Assembly: GCA_022813865.1 (NCBI GenBank)
Contig: JALDZX010000039.1
Coordinates: 186,001 to 208,968, forward strand
Reading direction: 5' to 3'
Source: Xylographa opegraphella
Lineage: Eukaryota
DNA length: 22,968 bases
Positions 9,892 through 21,000 of the stretch are shown piece after piece. Every line of letters starts with the position of its first letter. Position 1 is the stretch's first letter. Position numbers and translations under genes: made by a program. Below the pieces are notes generated by a model that did not search any database, had not been told where the DNA came from, and worked only from the letters and a program-made list of their open reading frames with translations.

Positions 9892-10700
9892 CTATAGAAG
9901 GCTATAGGGGTGGTCCATTATAATATAGTGGCCTCTCAAGGGGCCTAGCCACCTGGGATCGCTTTGCTTCAACAACATGATCACCCGAATGTTCCCTACA
10001 ATGTATTACCTCCTTTTAACTGCGGTAACTTTGTATTCATCCTGCGAGAACCAGCAATGGCTACCTTCTCGTAAATCCACATGGTTGAAGGAACTTACCT
10101 TCGAGGCGTTTTCTCCTTCCCTTGCCCGAGAATCCCATATGATATTCCGCTGGTTGGAATATAGTAGAGTTCCCACTGGCATTATCAAACCACATTCCTG
10201 CGCTTCGGTCGCTAGTCCAGTGCCCGTTACAAAACGAAACTTCGCATCATCGGTCATTTCATCTCTGGCCACGATATATTCCTTCAGGGGGTCAGACGGC
10301 ATTCTCTTCATGAGGCCCCGATCTACCACGTCATGTACCACTCTTCCATTGAAGCCTTCCAGAATCTTTTCTCATCTCACGCTTCCTCGTAGCAGAATCC
10401 GGCTTCGGGTCGAGTCCCAGTAGTGTCCGCAGACGCAGGCCAGGGAGTATTCACTTCGAATCGGGAACATCAAATATCTTCGTTGCTGTTCACTGGACGG
10501 ATTGGCTATATTGGCCCTTTGGGACGCCAGAGTCACCGTAGACGTGGTGGCAGAGATAACTGCTCTGTTGGCGTTGGCTGGAACGATTAATGCAGGTACA
10601 ATGACTGGAGTAGAATCTACAACAAGCTTTGCGGTATCCGAGAAAATCAGTAACCTCTGAGTAGCTCGAACTGTAAAATGACAGTAGCGTAAACTTCCAT
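9892..10700 (-). pseudogene. Probable degenerate orphan gene of unknown function with an in-frame TGA; 5' end undefined
   Basis: ORFs 10372-10896 and 10006-10341 share a frame, separated only by TGA 10374-10372 (...RILLRGSVR*EKILEGFNGRVVHDVVDRG...). Two 57-nt intron-like segments follow (10098-10042 GTAAGT..CAG; 10009-9953 GTAATA..CAG), leading to a final exon WLGPLRGHYIIMDHPYSLL* (TAG 9894-9892). Branch points are poor. Confidence 0.4.
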
Positions 10701-10760
10701 CATGTATGTCGTACCAAGTTGGTCGAACGAAAGAAAAATGGTCAAACGAGGCTAGGAGAA

Positions 10761-10825
10761 AAACAGGAGGAGTGGACTGGTACAGCAAGAAACAGGAGGA
10801 GTGGACTGGCACAGCAAGAAATAGG
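10761..10825. repeat. 29-bp tandem duplication plus a partial third copy
   Basis: AAACAGGAGGAGTGGACTGG(T/C)ACAGCAAG at 10761-10789 and 10790-10818 (one mismatch), followed by AAATAGG. Confidence 0.9.
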
Positions 10826-11357
10826 TGTGGACAACAAAGAACAATACCCAAACACGTGATAGTAAAGTTCGATGATGAACGATGAATCATCGGCATGAAC
10901 TTCTTTCCTATTTGATTTTCGATTGGGCGCAGAACAAGTAGCGAGGTGGTAACGGTCGGCTCGCCAGATTTCGGAATATAGGTATGAGCTCGGTCGTCTC
11001 AATTAAAAGAAATTGGATGATGAGAATGCTTCAAGATCGACAGACTGTGGACGTGTGCTATGCCCAGGCAGCAAAGAGCCAACCAAGCCGATACATACCC
11101 AAAAGCAGGCCACAAGAGTCCTCTGACAAATCTTAACCTCCAATTATTCGATTATTGCCTTTCGTGCCAGAATGAGGGCAAAGCGTGCGGGTAGAGCACA
11201 TTATTATTATCGAAATCAGATTGATGTCATTCTGTTATCCTGGTACCAAGAGAGCACACGAAACCGCTTTGTAAAGTGCCATGTCTGCATTCTAACGAAA
11301 AGGGTACATTTGCATTCGCATGATAGAGAGGGTTCATACAGTACATAGTTTAGAGTC

Positions 11358-11368
11358 GGGGGGGGGGG
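11358..11368. repeat. G11 homopolymer (C11 on the minus strand, downstream of the 394-aa gene)
   Basis: Eleven consecutive G residues. Confidence 0.9.
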
Positions 11369-11493
11369 ACAACAACGAGAACAACCAAGTAATATCCGAT
11401 GACGCCTAACGCATTGCTAAACCTAGGAATGAAGGAAGAGCCATGATGACATAATCTTAAAAATCGTTCCTCGAAAACAAATGCAGATTTGCT

Positions 11494-12678
11494 TTACGAC
11501 CAGAACCAACCCTTCTTCTCGAACCTCTGCTTTCCAGCATCTGGTTGTGCCAGTGGAGGTTCTTTCGAGTCCCGCGCGTGATCAGAAAATGAATTCGGCT
11601 GCCTCTCGGGTTGCGGCCCACCTTGTGTGGTATGTACGGTCTCGCTACTCTCCTCACGGCCATTGGCGAACCTCTGTTTAAGCATAACTTTTGTATGCAC
11701 AGTGCCATCCGGTAAGGAGACTCTTTCTGTAGTTGTAAGAGTGGAGACTATTCCTGGTTTTTTGCTCTCTTCACCTGTGCCGTTTGTAGGACTGACTTCA
11801 GATGCCGACGTCGGTCTTGCGATACTCATGAGGGCGGACGGTTGCTTCTCCCGATCCGTGCGCTGTGGCTCGAGGAGACGCTCGTAATAGTCAAGCTCGG
11901 TCATACTCTCTTGGCTGGCGTCGTTTTGTGGCTCTCTTGACGCAAACTCATCAGCCGATCTATTGAAATATCGTTTGTGCTCCACACTTGCACGGAACAG
12001 CTTGGCCAGATGGGATTCAAGACCTGAGTCTTCGGGAACCGCCGAGGAAGAATCAGTTCCTTCAGAGGGTAGCTTGCGCTGCGTAGAAGTTCCGGTTTCA
12101 TTATCCATAGATAAAAGGTCTTCGAATGCATTCCTCCACCAGTCACCGTGATCGCGGAAATGTTCTTGTCGTTCTAGCTTTAGAGGCGAATATGAACTGA
12201 ACAGCATATAGTTGAACGGCCAAGGGAAAAATGTCTCGTAAGGGTTCGCTATTGCAAGCGAGGACCGTTCAGAGGGTCTGTACGGGCACCTGGAGACATC
12301 TTCCTCAGCCTGGACGTGCGGATCTTGCCTTCTAAAGACCTTGACCGGTATATTGGCTTCCTCGTCATCAGGTCGCATTTGGGTTTCTGTCTCGTTGCGT
12401 AAAGAATCTCTGAAGGCTCCTTCGATCTGGTCAACTATTTGCCGCCTCTCCTTCTCTTCCAAGCTGGCGTCCCGTCTTTCCATCCGACGCCTCTGTATCT
12501 CATCGTCATAGGGCTGCCATCGCTGGTTGAATGATTGGGATGCGATAGCAGATGGAAGACCAATAAAACTTTGGAGTAAGTTTGCGACCTGTTCATCTGC
12601 ATATCGTCGAAAGATGATGAATGGGTTGTCTTCCGCAGATGACTTGTCAGCGTCAGACCTGTCGTTAGATGGAGACAT
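11494..12678 (-). CDS. Conserved-type fungal hypothetical protein (394 aa, single exon)
   Basis: Uninterrupted ORF with motif-like blocks in a charged, disordered background: NPFIIFRRYADEQV, SYSPLKLE, WRNAFEDLL, TELDYYE, STLTTTERVSLPDGTVHTKVMLKQRFANGREES, and C-terminal KKGWFWS*. Confidence 0.85.
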   Translation of the reverse strand: MSPSNDRSDADKSSAEDNPFIIFRRYADEQVANLLQSFIGLPSAIASQSFNQRWQPYDDEIQRRRMERRDASLEEKERRQIVDQIEGAFRDSLRNETETQMRPDDEEANIPVKVFRRQDPHVQAEEDVSRCPYRPSERSSLAIANPYETFFPWPFNYMLFSSYSPLKLERQEHFRDHGDWWRNAFEDLLSMDNETGTSTQRKLPSEGTDSSSAVPEDSGLESHLAKLFRASVEHKRYFNRSADEFASREPQNDASQESMTELDYYERLLEPQRTDREKQPSALMSIARPTSASEVSPTNGTGEESKKPGIVSTLTTTERVSLPDGTVHTKVMLKQRFANGREESSETVHTTQGGPQPERQPNSFSDHARDSKEPPLAQPDAGKQRFEKKGWFWS

Positions 12679-13076
12679 AGCTGTAAGGACGTCACGAGGG
12701 AGATTTGACGAGCTCCAGGTCGTTATTGACGAGTGTATGAGTGTATAGTTGAATGAATGATTGAGTAATGTTATTGCGGGGCGGTATTGCGTCCGAATGT
12801 TTTGGACTTGGTGGGCGGCAAACTATCCTATGATTGGCTGAAACACAATACGCTAGCATATCGTTGAAACACTTGGTTATACGGACGGCACTTGGACAAT
12901 GATACAAAACGGTCTTATAAGGTCAGGAAGTCACGCTCACTACCATCTTCTTCCATATCGACGATCGGCACAATTGTTCTACACGGAATTCCAATTCAGA
13001 ATTCCGCCACTGATGGATAACATCTTGTCTAGTCTATTAGGGCAGTCAGTTACGACATTATATGAACCTTCGTCAC

Positions 13077-14373
13077 TCATATCTTCGTCTCCCCGCCTAC
13101 TAAGCCTCCCACTACAGCCTGTAGCAGTTGATGTGCAATTGCAGTCCTTGGTGGTAACCTCAGGCCTCCCTCCTTGTAGCGCTCTCCCGGCGCCTCGCCC
13201 AGTCCGCTCGTGCCGATATCCAGTGCTTCCCTAACCTCATCAAAGCTCACCCATTTTGCATCTTCCAGTTCAGGATCATGCTTCAGCAAGATTTCCTCTC
13301 CGCCCGGTACTGCTTGAGCAATCGCACCAATCATGAGGTTGGCCGGGTAAGGCCAAGGCTGAGTACTATGGATAATTACTCGCCCAAGGGTAATGCCGGA
13401 TTCTTCCCAGACCTCGCGGCGTACAGCTTCTTCCACGGATTCTGCGGGCTCAACAAAGCCTGCTAGAGTCGAATACCAAAGCGGTGGAAATCTTTTGCCA
13501 CGACCCAGTAATATCTTACTGCAATCAGCGGATAGGACCGCCATGATGACGGTAGGATCTGTCCGTGGAAAGCAAACATTGTGTACGCCTTTTCTGGTCG
13601 CACATGGCGGTCGCTCTGTTGGCTTTGCGTCCGTTGTGCCTCCAATCGCTGCGCTTACCGAAGACATGTCTGTGGGAGGACATGTTCGCTTCCATCCTGC
13701 ATTTATTGAAAGGGTTGGCTGTCCACATTGAGCGCAAAACGGGTTTCGCCCATTCCAATCTATCAGAGCACGAGCGGGAGCATATATAGCTGCTTCATGG
13801 GCAGGGAGAGACATGTGCGCTCGGCCTTCGAGGAACTTTAGATCCTTCGAATCTTTCTCTTGTATTAAGCGTTTCGCTGCATCTTCTGTGCTACCTTTCG
13901 GAGTGACATCTAGCGCAAAAAAAGGAGCGCCTTTGTATATCGTCCATTCGAATCCAGACTTCTCTGATTCATCCAGCCCCAAGAATATGAGTTGGGGAAT
14001 GGTGGCCTTGCTGTCGTATGACTGTATCAATTCTTCTTCCGACTTCTTATATGGATCCTCGCCCATCAGGGGTGACACATCCTTGAGCGACGCAAAAGAA
14101 AGTTTCGACGGGTTATGAGCAAGTGGGGCGAGGCCGTTCAGTAGTAGAAACGATGTTGTAGGATGCCTAAAGGCCGCGGAGAGGAATCCTTGATCAGTCC
14201 GAAGAAAGGAGACACGATTGAGAGAAGATCCTGCAAGACGTTAGATATTGATCAATAGTGAGTGTTATGTTTTTACCAGCAAAATAGTTTGCAACCTCTT
14301 TGCCAAATTTACGTGTTAACATAGAGTCAAGATGTGGATGGGCTGGTTCCGGTAGAGCTGGTTGGGAGGGCAT
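13077..14373 (-). CDS. NPY1: NADH pyrophosphatase / NAD-cap decapping Nudix hydrolase (NudC/Npy1/NUDT12 family), 416 aa; exons 14373-14277, 14230-13077
   Basis: Intron 14276-14231 (GTAAAA...CTAAC...CAG) gives NYFAG|SSLNRVSFLR. Zinc-ribbon FCAQCG...CPP...C, FPRTDPTVIMAV, Nudix box GFVEPAESVEEAVRREVWEESG and NudC signature TQPWPYPANLM. Confidence 0.95.
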
Positions 14374-14987
14374 ATCTCAAGTTGATGTCTATTTCTCCTT
14401 TCGCGCCGATAGCAGAAATCTATACTTTCTCTCTATAGAAATCTTGCAGCCCACAGTATGTACAAAATCTGGGAGCTCACAGAATATACAGTTGTCGGAA
14501 TTTGCAAGAGATTAGGCCAATGATCCAGAGCAAATTTACTCTACATGGTGCTTAGTGATGGATCAACAGGTACGTCACTGGGAGCACTTATGTTAGCGTC
14601 GGAGATAAATCGTTGCTTCCGATCGCGCCTCTGCCAAGGCTGAGTGCATCAAGTCTGAAAGGCAACGTAATATTGACAATGCAGCGAACCCAAACATCAG
14701 CCTCGCCAGATGAGACGGTATTCAACTTCGCACTTCGTGAGGTTACTGACTAACGGACGGCAATATGCTAGACATCACCTTGTCATTGTGATGGTATAGG
14801 TAAACAGAGAGCCTGACGCTGCATATGATTTCCTCGAACAAGCTCGTATACTTCGGAACATGAAACCACAGCCTCAATGAGGCTTCGTCCCTCACAAATG
14901 CTCGGTCATATAACTCGAGAAGACTACGATGCGCATTCAACAATTCAAGAGGAATCAAACCCTGGAGACTGATAGATAACTGGACTG

Positions 14988-14995
14988 TATAAATA
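14988..14995 (+). promoter_or_regulatory. TATA box (TATAAATA)
   Basis: Canonical TATAAATA about 100 bp upstream of the candidate ATG at 15093. Confidence 0.45.
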
Positions 14996-15092
14996 GAACG
15001 CAGATGCCTTGATCAAGGGCGGATCGAAACCCGTCTTCCTCCGAACTCTATGCAAAGCATTAATATTATCCAAAATTGCAGCATCAATCGTC

Positions 15093-15360
15093 ATGAGCGG
15101 CCAATTTTCCATCATTGACTCGTATCATTCGGAGGCAATATCTAGTTCGTTGTAATCCATTGCTTTCTAGCACTCAGCAAAGTCCTCCCTCTGCAACTAC
15201 AGCTCAACTAGATAATGCTGCTGCCTACCAGACTAGACAGCCTGCAGAAGAATATGACGACGACAAGCGACTATACTCGACGATACGTTTCACAATGGAA
15301 CAGATGCGCCGCATCGCGAAGGATTTAGGTATCGGAGTGGTCCCTCGTGTCCGAAAATAG
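15093..15360 (+). CDS. Candidate small protein (72 aa); exons 15093-15121, 15171-15360
   Basis: TATA box, gtcATG, and a 49-nt GT..TAG intron candidate (15122-15170; weak donor GTATCA, no canonical branch point) give MSGQFSIIDSTQQSPPSATTAQLDNAAAYQTRQPAEEYDDDKRLYSTIRFTMEQMRRIAKDLGIGVVPRVRK*. Confidence 0.4.
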
Positions 15361-15525
15361 CAATGCGGACATGAGGGGTGTGGGTGATGGGATGGGGGGC
15401 AGGGGAGAGGGGGTTGCTTCAGCGGTGCATAGCATCATCATTTCATCCATAAAGGAACATATTAGACTTATGTGCAAAGTGATGATAGAGTGCATATAAA
15501 ACAAAAACAATGTAGGATTCTTCAA

Positions 15526-16550
15526 CTACAGGAACCCAATCTCTTCCACCCTGAACGAGCCGTCTCTGTCAACCCCAATCATCCTCTCTCCGCTCCCTAC
15601 TCTATGCCCAGCTCGCCGGACGCATTCTGATCTCTCTAGACTCTCCTACATGCCTTTATGACTTGAAATCCATATTCGCTCTAAGCTGATTCCAGCTCCA
15701 GTCTACTCTGCCTTCTCACCAAATGTTCGGAGAGAACTTTTCTGAACCTCCTTCTCGTCCTCCACGTCCTCTACCACCTCTTCAATCCGCTTACCATCCC
15801 AGCAACGCCATACGCCATGCTATTCTGCCGCTGTGACCGCTGTATCGAGCGGCGCGTCCGCCGTTTCGGGACCATTGACTCTGCCCTTAGAGCGCTAGGA
15901 CGGTGGATGAGCGTGCCACTGCGGACGATTGGGATGTTGAGACATCTTCAGCCGCTAGATCCGTCGGAGACAGAGCCGACGTGTATCCAGAGGAGGATTT
16001 GTAGGATCTGCTCGAAGGACGAGGAGGGCGCGCTGCCGCCGGAGCCGCTGCCACCACCTTATCTTTCGATCCTGGGAAATGGTGGGAGCTTGATGCTGGC
16101 AAAGCAATGTGATTCCGAAGAGGAGCTTCAGCATCGGACTGGCTGAGATTGGTATCGGAGTCAGCAACAACCATTGGTTTACGAAGGCGGAGTCAAACGA
16201 GAGGCCATTGAACGCTCTGTTTCCCCATCCGCTCGCTCGGAGAACGGTAATGTGGTCCTTGAGCTGCAATGTCTCTCAAAGCATCCAATGGTGATGTTGT
16301 TGCCATCCAGAGGAATGCACGCTTCAGATCCTCGTCCGATATTTCGATGTGGAAGATAATCAAAGAGACCAGATATTTTGAACCTTTCCAGGTGGCATGA
16401 GCTGATAAAGAAGAAACCCTGTGACGTGCAAGACCATGTAACTATGGACATGTCCAAAAGCCAATGGCAAAAATCTCCACTTGTCATCACTTCCAAAGCA
16501 CGACCAAATCTTGTGCCAATAGGGAAGCGATCGTCTCGTGTGGTCACCAA
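15526..16550 (-). pseudogene. Possible decayed gene remnant (frameshifts and several TAG stops)
   Basis: Successive protein-like fragments in different frames: 16550-16179, 16174-15887, then SKGRVNGPETADAPLDTAVTAAE*HGVWRCWDGKRIEEVVEDVEDEKEVQKSSLRTFGEKAE*TGAG...HKGM*ESLERSEC...DRDGSFRVEEIGFL*. No recognisable domain. Confidence 0.3.
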
Positions 16551-16896
16551 GAGGCGCTTTGCAGAAAGATCAGCAAGACATATAAGATGGACAGAGAGTT
16601 AGCCTCAGGCAAGAGAACCAGAATTCGAACTCGTGGGACCGAAAGCTCAGATACGCTGATTCGCATGAACTTGAAAACCGATCGCGACAGCTAAACAGAA
16701 AACAAAAAATGGCTTGCTATAGAGTACGCAACAAAACGAAAATTTGGTCTTTTAGACATCATTCGCCATGCAAAAACGTGATTGTGCAGTGTGTTGTGAA
16801 TACCTCAATGAACATCCACATTCCGAATCAACTCCATCCTTTCCTTTCACGAACCGAACTGTGACCATTCGTACACACTTCTTCCCCTTCGCATCC

Positions 16897-17782
16897 TTAT
16901 GCACCCACCACAGGCGACGCTTCCCCTCCCTTCGGCATCCCCGTACCCACCGTCGTCTCCACCTTCTTCCCCTTCAGCGCCGGCATCTCAAAGACCTCAC
17001 TCCTTCCCCCAGCCATCCCCTTCCACCTGCCCCATCCGCTCCCCTCCCGCATCGTCCACGTCAGGGCCCCCACCCACGGCTGCACATTCCACCCCACCTC
17101 CAAAGTGACGTTACCCCTGCTCGCCAACTTCCCACTCACATCCGTGATCTGGTACTTGGGCTTCACGTTCTTCAGACTCAGGATGCCAGGCTTTGCGGTA
17201 GCTTTGGGAGTGGGCGCTACAGCGGCTTTAGCTTTCGACTTAGATTTCGTGCCAGAGGGGAGTTTAGAAGTGGAGGCGGCGGAGAAGCCGAGGAGCTCGA
17301 AGGGATTGAGCGGGTGCTGCTGCGAAGGGGAGGCGATGATGGTATCCCAGATGATGGCTTGGGACGGGGGAGAGGAGGGCGTGAGGGACGGGTAGGTGGC
17401 GAGGACGTAGACGAAGAGCTGCTTTGTGTTCCAGTTGAAAAGGGAGGAGAAGTCTGCAGTACGAAGTTAGCCAATAGTCGTGGTGGACAACTGCAACTGT
17501 AGCATTGCCTACCGGCTTCGAGGTCGAACTTTATGTGCGCGTATTCTTCTTTCGTGGTGGAGTAGTAGTGCGGGCGTCCTTTGATACTGTCATGCATGTC
17601 AGTGACTGGTGCTCACTCGAGCTCTTGCGGGATACTGACACCTGGACATTGCGGAGGGCGACGCTGGCGGAGGGGGTTTGCGGAGAAACAACCACAGAGA
17701 GCGCAACAAGCGTGGCGATGGTGAAGGCAACGGTAGTAAAGAAGCCGAAGACGTTCTGCAGTCTCACCAGGCTCGAGTGCAT
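16897..17782 (-). CDS. SPC3: Microsomal signal peptidase complex subunit 3 (SPC22/23), 257 aa; exons 17782-17640, 17586-17513, 17453-16897
   Basis: MHSSLVRLQNVFGFFTTVAF plus a TM helix. Introns 17639-17587 and 17512-17454 give NVQV|IKGRPHYYSTTKEEYAHIKFDLEA|DFSSLFNWNTKQLFVYVLATY...IIWDTII...KPKYQITD...WNVQPWVGAL; LFNWNTKQ.FVY is the SPC22 hallmark. Confidence 0.95.
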
Positions 17783-18061
17783 CGTGACTAGCGCGCAATG
17801 GGTACTGACAGTGGATTGTGAGTTTTGGAGGTCGAGACGTCGCATGGACAGCCTTATAAGGCGTGGATATGGAAACAACATATTGTTAGGGATCTACGGC
17901 AGCAACTTGAGCTCTTAGTACATATATGAAAGCATCGAAGTTGAATATGAAGTAATGCTTGAATATGCAGGTTGGAGGTTAATGCTTGATTGGCTAGACT
18001 ACATTTATAGTACATGTCAAGCCGGTCAAGCCAAAATCCCCCATGTACTGCTATTGTGTTC

Positions 18062-21000
18062 CTAAGGCTGTACAGCAGCAATTCCCCTGCCCCTATTGCC
18101 TCTACTCCTCAAACCATCGCCTCGTTGAGTACCACCACGTCCTCGGCCACGTCCTCGAGATTCGAGGTTTGCTGGAGGAGGTACGTTGGTGTATGACTGT
18201 GGTTTGAAGTTCGGGTTTGTTTTGAGAACACCAGGATCTACGTCGCCCTTGTCAATGGCAGTATAGCCGTTGCGATTGAGGCCTTGATTCGCATCACCCC
18301 GCCGACCACGCCATGCGTTGCCGTTCGAACCGTTTGATTGTTGGCTGGACACAGCGCCTCTACCGCGAAAGCCATCGGCACCTTGGCTTCGGGATGGAAG
18401 TGACTGCTGTGATTGACCTTGACCTCCATCATAACCCAAACCACCTCTACCACGACTCATACCGCCTCTGGCACCATTTTGCGGACCAGAGATAGCGCCG
18501 CGGAAGGAGCCTCGTAGTGGAGGTGGTGCATTCGCAGGCGTCAATTGTCCTCGGCCATTGGGACCCATAGGTGCTCCATAACCGTTCACGGTCAGTGGCT
18601 GAACAGAGTTTTGGGGCCTGTGGTTTCCCGCAGCTTTTGAGCCAACGATCACTTGGCGATCTGTGAGATTGAGGACTGACGAGACCGGAACAGTAGATCC
18701 CCGGAACGGCGAGCATCGATCATTCAGAGTTGTTCCACTCATGAAGGTGACGTCGAAAACAATATCCAACAGCATTGTCCGTGGCGTACGCGTAAGTCCC
18801 ACAACAGTACCACGCGTAGCTATTGGTACCCTGCCAGAGTCTTGAACATAAACAACCCGATCTCCAATTGAGAAGTGTTGGTTGCTTAAACGATGTTCGG
18901 CGTCAGAAGGTTTCAAAAGAGCATTGCGTGGGACACCCTTAATCTTCTTGCCCTCGATCGGTGGGCCGTTCTGAATCGCGTCGTCGGCGGCTTTCTCAAT
19001 CGCCTTGACAACCTCTGAATCCACCTGCTCAGCATCCAATGGCACTTTTTCAAAACTTTTTGACTCTATCGATTTCAACCAGGCCTGTATTTCTTTTATC
19101 TTTCTTTGAGCTTCCGTATCAGGATAAAAGTCCGAGGCTGAATATACGTTTCCTTGAGGGTTGCGCTGTATTGCTGCAATAAATTCTGGGAATTTGACCA
19201 TGTATTCCTGAAGGAGCTGAATCGCTTTGTTGCTGAATTCCCACCCATTAGTTCCGCGACGTGAGTATCCGAGAACTTTCAACTTCTTTGCCTCGAATTT
19301 GAGGTTGAGCCCGAGATTGACTTTGCTAGAGTCCATAGTAACTTGGAACGAAGATGTAATCTTGCTCAGAACAAGCGGATTCAACCCCAGCATGCGAGCT
19401 ACCGCATACGAGGGCGTATAAGGGATGAGCTGTTCTGCTTGTTGTGCAATGCTTCGACCGAATTCGAACTCTTTCCCCTTGACGGTGGATATCCAAACGT
19501 CTGCTTTGTTGCCAGAATGATGTACGATCTCTAAAGGACGACCAAAGTTGAACTCTCCCAAAAAGAAAGCCCTTGTACCTTCCGGAAACTCTTCTTCAAT
19601 TGGAAGAGCAGCTTTTTCCAAAAACCGTTGATCTTCGCTGATAACCTCCTCGACAACCATTTGAGCAGCGTAGTCGGTCTCGATACCCTCGATATGAGCG
19701 TACTCCTTTATCGTAGCACCTTCTTCGGTCTTCTGTAGCCCCTTGAGTGTCTCAACATGTACCAGGGAATCTATCTGTCCGGTAATGACACCCAATCTTT
19801 TGCTGTAGTTGCTTTCAATTCTTTGAGATTTCCGTCGCCAGATATCTATCTCTGAGGGACCATGAGGTATCGCGACAGGCGGCATTCCCTCAGAAGGCGA
19901 GGGTAGGTAGTCAAACAGCTCGTCTGACACCCGTACCACTTTCGCTTCCGACAAGAAGGGATAGCCGACGTAGACTCTTTTACCAAGTTGTAGCTTCGCC
20001 GACTCTACCTTGGTTCTTGAGTCTGATTCAAGGACCGTGATGACCATACTTTCGTTACGGCTATCTGACTGAAAGACATTGACGCTATGGAAGCTGAGCT
20101 CACCATGGAATGGAAGGGTTTTCAGACTGGGAAAGCCAGCAAGTGCAGACTTTCCGATTTTGACTCCTTCCATAAGTCCCACATAGACGTCCAACCCATC
20201 CATCGTTGGAAGATCAAAAATGTTTTCGACGCAGTGGCAATGCGGAAGATCGGGAAAAACTCCTACCATCGACGAAGGATAGGTGAAATCGAGATCCGGA
20301 GCATATGTAAACTTAAGAGAGACACCAAATTCATTACGAGCCTTCTCATCAAGAGATAGCAAATGATCTTTGGTACCCATTGCCTTCAGTAGGCGGTCTT
20401 CCTCGATGAAAGGAATTTTCACAACTGCCTCCCATTCCATCTTCTTTCCATTCATGTCCAGTTCGAAATCTCGAGGATAGAAGTCGATGATCGGAGAGTC
20501 CGGATTCGTCATTAAGTCATGATACGGTGTAGGAACGATACGCTTGCTACGATCTGGCAGCACACCCATGAGTTGTTGGTATGGCCTGAAAGGTTGACCA
20601 AGCTTGAAGTCTATATTTGCCTTAAGACCCTTTCGGACATCTTCGATTGTTAGCGGAGAAATTGCTTCCAAGAGCGCTATTCCTTACCTGAGATCATTGG
20701 CGAATAATGGTAGCCATAGTACCACGGCCACGATACAACTCCTCTGTAGTAGTAGAATAAAACCCACTGCAGACCTTGAACGTAATTCTCAGCAAGCTTT
20801 CGCATCTCCTCCTCGTTTTCAAGACCCCACTCGAATTTGCCTTTGTAGTATTTATCTTTCCAGGCCTGGAATTTCTGCTCATACTGCTTGCTCATCTGTT
20901 CCTGCACTTCTTCAGCAGAGACATCTGCAATCTTCGCGTTATCATGACGTTTGATAACTCTCAAAAGAGCCATTTGAGCTTCCTCATCTTCATCATCCTC

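Noticed and set aside
10761..10825. 29-bp direct repeats as a CRISPR array or transposon terminal repeats
   Set aside because: The copies are adjacent with no spacer, the context is eukaryotic, and there is no transposase, inverted repeat or target-site duplication.
15015..15040. GGATCGAAACC (15021-15031), matching the initiator-tRNA T-loop / Pol III B-box, in a weak hairpin
   Set aside because: No D-arm/A-box, anticodon arm or acceptor stem can be built from the flanks, so it is not called as a tRNA.
1150..16275. Stop-codon reassignment as the explanation for the several in-frame stops
   Set aside because: The internal stops are of all three types, and intact genes here end in TAG (DUF4243 gene, XRN1), TAA (SPC3, GPI protein) and TGA (NPY1).
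17180..17330. Lys/Ala/Pro-rich insertion in Spc3
   Set aside because: Low-complexity loops at this position are, as far as I recall, usual in filamentous-ascomycete Spc3.
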